In this document: piece after piece, positions 61,029 through 64,000 of the stretch
Numbering within the stretch: the stretch's first letter is position 1
Layout: every line of letters starts with the position of its first letter
Origin: a bacterium
GTDB lineage: Bacteria > Patescibacteriota > Minisyncoccia > Phycocordibacterales > UBA1006
Assembly (NCBI GenBank): GCA_030433255.1
Contig: JAUIMI010000001.1
Location: forward strand, 311,362 to 375,361
Direction: 5' to 3'
Length of the DNA: 64,000 nt
Program-made: the position numbers and the translations under genes
Notes under the pieces: generated by a model
Databases searched by the model: none
The model's input: the letters and a program-made list of their open reading frames with translations, nothing else
What the model was told of the DNA's origin: nothing

Positions 61029-61604
61029 ATGAAATGGTTTACTGAAACAATTATTACACTTACACCACTATCACTTGCAATACTTCTGGTAGCAGCAATG
61101 TGTTTAGGTTGGGTGATTTATGGACTACGAGGTTATAAATATTGGTGGCGACGATTCCATCGATACAAAACAGTTCCATCACGTAAGCAATTAAAACGAA
61201 ATTATGGATATGTAGAGTATGTTCCTGAAGTAATAAATCATGTAGTACCTGTTGCACCACAACCAGTAAAACGTGCACCACAGATTATTACAAAACAACC
61301 AGTTACGTATAATACTGAACAAGTACCAATGGAGAAACCATCAACATATTCAACAAAAGATGATTTACAAGTCATTGAAGGAATTGGTCCTAAAATTGAA
61401 GATATTCTTAATATGAATGGAATCTATACATGGCAAGAATTATCACAAACACCAGTTGATAATATAAAGGTTATGCTAGAGCGTTCAGGGAAACAATTTC
61501 AAATGCACGAACCAAAAACGTGGCCAGAGCAAGCACATATGGCATATACCGGACAATGGGATGAACTAAAGGCTTATCAAGACTTTCTTCATAAGGGAAA
61601 ATAA
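61029..61604 (+). CDS. Membrane-anchored helix-hairpin-helix (DUF4332-like) protein
   Basis: DDLQVIEGIGPKI...TWPEQA...GQWDELK. Confidence 0.75.
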   Translation: MKWFTETIITLTPLSLAILLVAAMCLGWVIYGLRGYKYWWRRFHRYKTVPSRKQLKRNYGYVEYVPEVINHVVPVAPQPVKRAPQIITKQPVTYNTEQVPMEKPSTYSTKDDLQVIEGIGPKIEDILNMNGIYTWQELSQTPVDNIKVMLERSGKQFQMHEPKTWPEQAHMAYTGQWDELKAYQDFLHKGK

Positions 61605-61625
61605 AAACAGCATTATTGCTGTTTT

Positions 61626-63338
61626 TTACATATCTTCATATGAACTAATTGATGTCTTCCATATTTTTTTACGAAGTGCACGAATTAACAGTCGTATTTC
61701 TTCATTCCTTATAAAATAAAGAACAAAAAAACCAATAATAAGGGCAACACAACCCGATACAAATCCATGACCAAATACTCCAAACACTGTCTCTTGGCTA
61801 AAGAGTGGATCGGTTAACTGTAACATACTATAGGCAATGACACCCATTAATATGGATGTAGAAAAAGATTGCCAAAAAGATTTTTTAATTCCATATCCAC
61901 CAACATATTTGAAGTCTTTTTTGAAAACAAATAGTAGAAGTCCTAAGTTAATAAACATACCAACAGAATACGCCAGAGAGAGCATAATCACATTTGAACC
62001 AGAAACACCCTTAATTCTCAAAAGACTTTCAAAGAAATCTTGTATTCCAGGAATATCAGCATACAAATATATAAACAAATACGCACAACCTATAGTTACA
62101 GCTGATGAACCTAATGTAATCCAAAGAGGTTTCCACGTCCTTCCTGAAGCATAATATGCACGGATAAGTAGTAGAATAATACTTTGAGCTATTACGGAAA
62201 TAATAAATAGAGCAAGTGAAGCAGCTGTCAAACGAGTATCTGACCAATCAAAGTTTCCTGTACCGAGAATAACACGAACAATTTGTGCTCTTAATACAAC
62301 AAAAAGTGAAATAACTGGTAGTGACCAAAATACAATCTGACGAATAGGGACCATAACATGTGCCATAAACTCTTCAAAATTTTCTTTATTAAAATACTCA
62401 ACAAGTACGGGAAAAGCAGCAACTGAATATGATACCCCTATGATAGCTAAGGGTACAGATTGTAAGTTGTAAGAGAGATTAAATACAGAGATAGTTCCCG
62501 AAGCTAAGGTAGAGGCAATTGATACAAAAACAAGGAATACAATTTTAGACATTGAAAGTGTTATTGTTCGTGGTAATGAATGACCAACAACAACCCCAAC
62601 ATGAGACCAATCAATATTTCTTGTCAAAGAAGGTCGTAACCCTTGGCCTATTACAACAGGTAGTTGAATACCCATGTGCATCAATGCCCCTAGAATAACA
62701 CCATACCCTAACCCTTCAATTCCAAATATAGGATATAAAACCACGATACCTAAAATAATTCCAATATTATAAAAAACAGGTGCAATTGCATATACAAAAA
62801 ATTTCTTAAATGACTGAGTGATAGTTGCAAAAAGATTCGAAACTCCAAGAATAATTGGAGACAACAACATAATACGAGAAAGTATAATAGTCTGATCTAA
62901 TTCTTCTGAAGAAAAACCAGAAAAAAGCTGTACAACGATATGAGGCATCAATATCCATGCAAGTAACGCAAGTATACTAATACTCAAAAAAAAGACAGTA
63001 AATATTTCGTTCAAAAAACGCTTTCCTTCTTTGTGGGATTTTCCTAGTTGCGTTTTTAAAAAAGGCATAAGTATTGATACTGATACCAAAGCCGCTCCAA
63101 AGGTAAATAAAAGATCGGGAATACGAAACGCAGCATAATAAATATCAAGCGTTGTTCCAGCACCAATATGTCCAGCTAAAAATCTATCACGAAAAATACC
63201 CAAAACCTGTGAAAGTAAGGTAAAAAAACCAAGCACCAAAGCGGCTTCAGAAATTTTAGAAAATTCCCGATTAAAGAGTTTCATAATACGTTCCATATAA
63301 ACTGTACCTAGTGTACACGAAGCTTGTTCGTAAATCAA
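61626..63338 (-). CDS. murJ: Lipid II flippase MurJ
   Basis: LG.FRD, YYAAFRIPD, multiple TMs; true start probably ~63284-63296. Confidence 0.92.
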   Translation of the reverse strand: MIYEQASCTLGTVYMERIMKLFNREFSKISEAALVLGFFTLLSQVLGIFRDRFLAGHIGAGTTLDIYYAAFRIPDLLFTFGAALVSVSILMPFLKTQLGKSHKEGKRFLNEIFTVFFLSISILALLAWILMPHIVVQLFSGFSSEELDQTIILSRIMLLSPIILGVSNLFATITQSFKKFFVYAIAPVFYNIGIILGIVVLYPIFGIEGLGYGVILGALMHMGIQLPVVIGQGLRPSLTRNIDWSHVGVVVGHSLPRTITLSMSKIVFLVFVSIASTLASGTISVFNLSYNLQSVPLAIIGVSYSVAAFPVLVEYFNKENFEEFMAHVMVPIRQIVFWSLPVISLFVVLRAQIVRVILGTGNFDWSDTRLTAASLALFIISVIAQSIILLLIRAYYASGRTWKPLWITLGSSAVTIGCAYLFIYLYADIPGIQDFFESLLRIKGVSGSNVIMLSLAYSVGMFINLGLLLFVFKKDFKYVGGYGIKKSFWQSFSTSILMGVIAYSMLQLTDPLFSQETVFGVFGHGFVSGCVALIIGFFVLYFIRNEEIRLLIRALRKKIWKTSISSYEDM

Positions 63339-63368
63339 AAAAACCAGAAATTTCTGGTTTTTAGCATA

Positions 63369-63995
63369 CTATTGGTAGTATGTTTGTGTTATTGGATGTG
63401 GTTTATCAATACCGAATTCACCAACACCAAGAATAAATACTGCTGAGAGTATACCAAAGAGTGTTACGTGTGATGTAACATCTTCCCCAAAATAGAAAAA
63501 TGACATTGAGAGAATAAAGAGCGCTACAACTGAAGCTAAACGTGTTTTCCAACCGAGAATAAGTACGATACCGACAATCAATTCAATAATACCAGCTGAG
63601 AAAGCCCACATCATAGAAGAAACAGGAATCACATTAACGAGCCCAGTATTTTCAGCAACGAGAGCAGCAAGTTCAGGAGTGAGTATTTTTTCTACTATTG
63701 CTAAGTATGCCATCCCAATTCCAATTCCAACACGCAAAATAGTTGGTAAATACTTTCGCAACTTTTTGATATGAATGTGAAGAATATTAGGAATACCCAC
63801 AATATCATCAACTCCTGGTCTTCTACTGTCTAGTACAAAAATTGATAAGATGAGTGCCAAAATATCAAATGAACCAATGAGGTAAATATCTTGAGTAAGT
63901 GCAAAAATAAACAACAAGAGTGCAACCAGTGCAGAAAGACTTGTTAAGAATCCAGCCATTAAAAAGAAACCAATAACAAGCTGAAGAAGATTCAT
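63369..63995 (-). CDS. DoxX-family membrane protein (probably extends beyond the window)
   Basis: LR.G.G....Y....K, G..EL..G..L.LG..TR. Confidence 0.65.
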   Translation of the reverse strand: MNLLQLVIGFFLMAGFLTSLSALVALLLFIFALTQDIYLIGSFDILALILSIFVLDSRRPGVDDIVGIPNILHIHIKKLRKYLPTILRVGIGIGMAYLAIVEKILTPELAALVAENTGLVNVIPVSSMMWAFSAGIIELIVGIVLILGWKTRLASVVALFILSMSFFYFGEDVTSHVTLFGILSAVFILGVGEFGIDKPHPITQTYYQ

Positions 63996-64000
63996 CCATT

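Overview
AT-rich chromosome segment that looks like a Patescibacteria/CPR (Parcubacteria-like) genome. The basis is shortened PheS/PheT/RF1/Obg, an Nth without Fe-S cysteines, MYG1, coiled-coil wall hydrolases and CCA-less tRNAs; the taxonomy is inferred, not searched. Genes left of ~2.4 kb point rightward and most genes right of ~19.4 kb point leftward. They converge on a ~16.7 kb accessory island (2464-19214) bounded by two 28-bp 11-6-11 dif-like sites that share a 15-bp direct repeat, so this is probably the replication terminus. The left part of the island holds a truncated tyrosine recombinase and a large FG-GAP/Calx-beta/peptidoglycan-binding surface protein with a 330-bp internal duplication. 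The rest is a block of Bacteroidota (Flavobacteriia)-style genes: a T9SS-CTD protein, a serine recombinase-XRE fusion, a VirD4/HerA-like ATPase with a nuclease-like tail, a 2OG dioxygenase plus AlaX-like editing pair, a collapsed double-glycine peptide export locus, an XRE regulator and a degraded rep gene. The backbone (19.4-64 kb) carries rplI, ctpA, rsmI, glmM, nth, a MacAB-like ABC system, the F1Fo operon, prfA, rpmE, rplY, pheST, gatB, obg, rmuC, lepA, murJ, tRNA-Leu and tRNA-Ile. Core genes appear largely leaderless, while interspersed ORFans have their own promoters and A-rich leaders. All product calls come from motif recognition only; no database searches were run.
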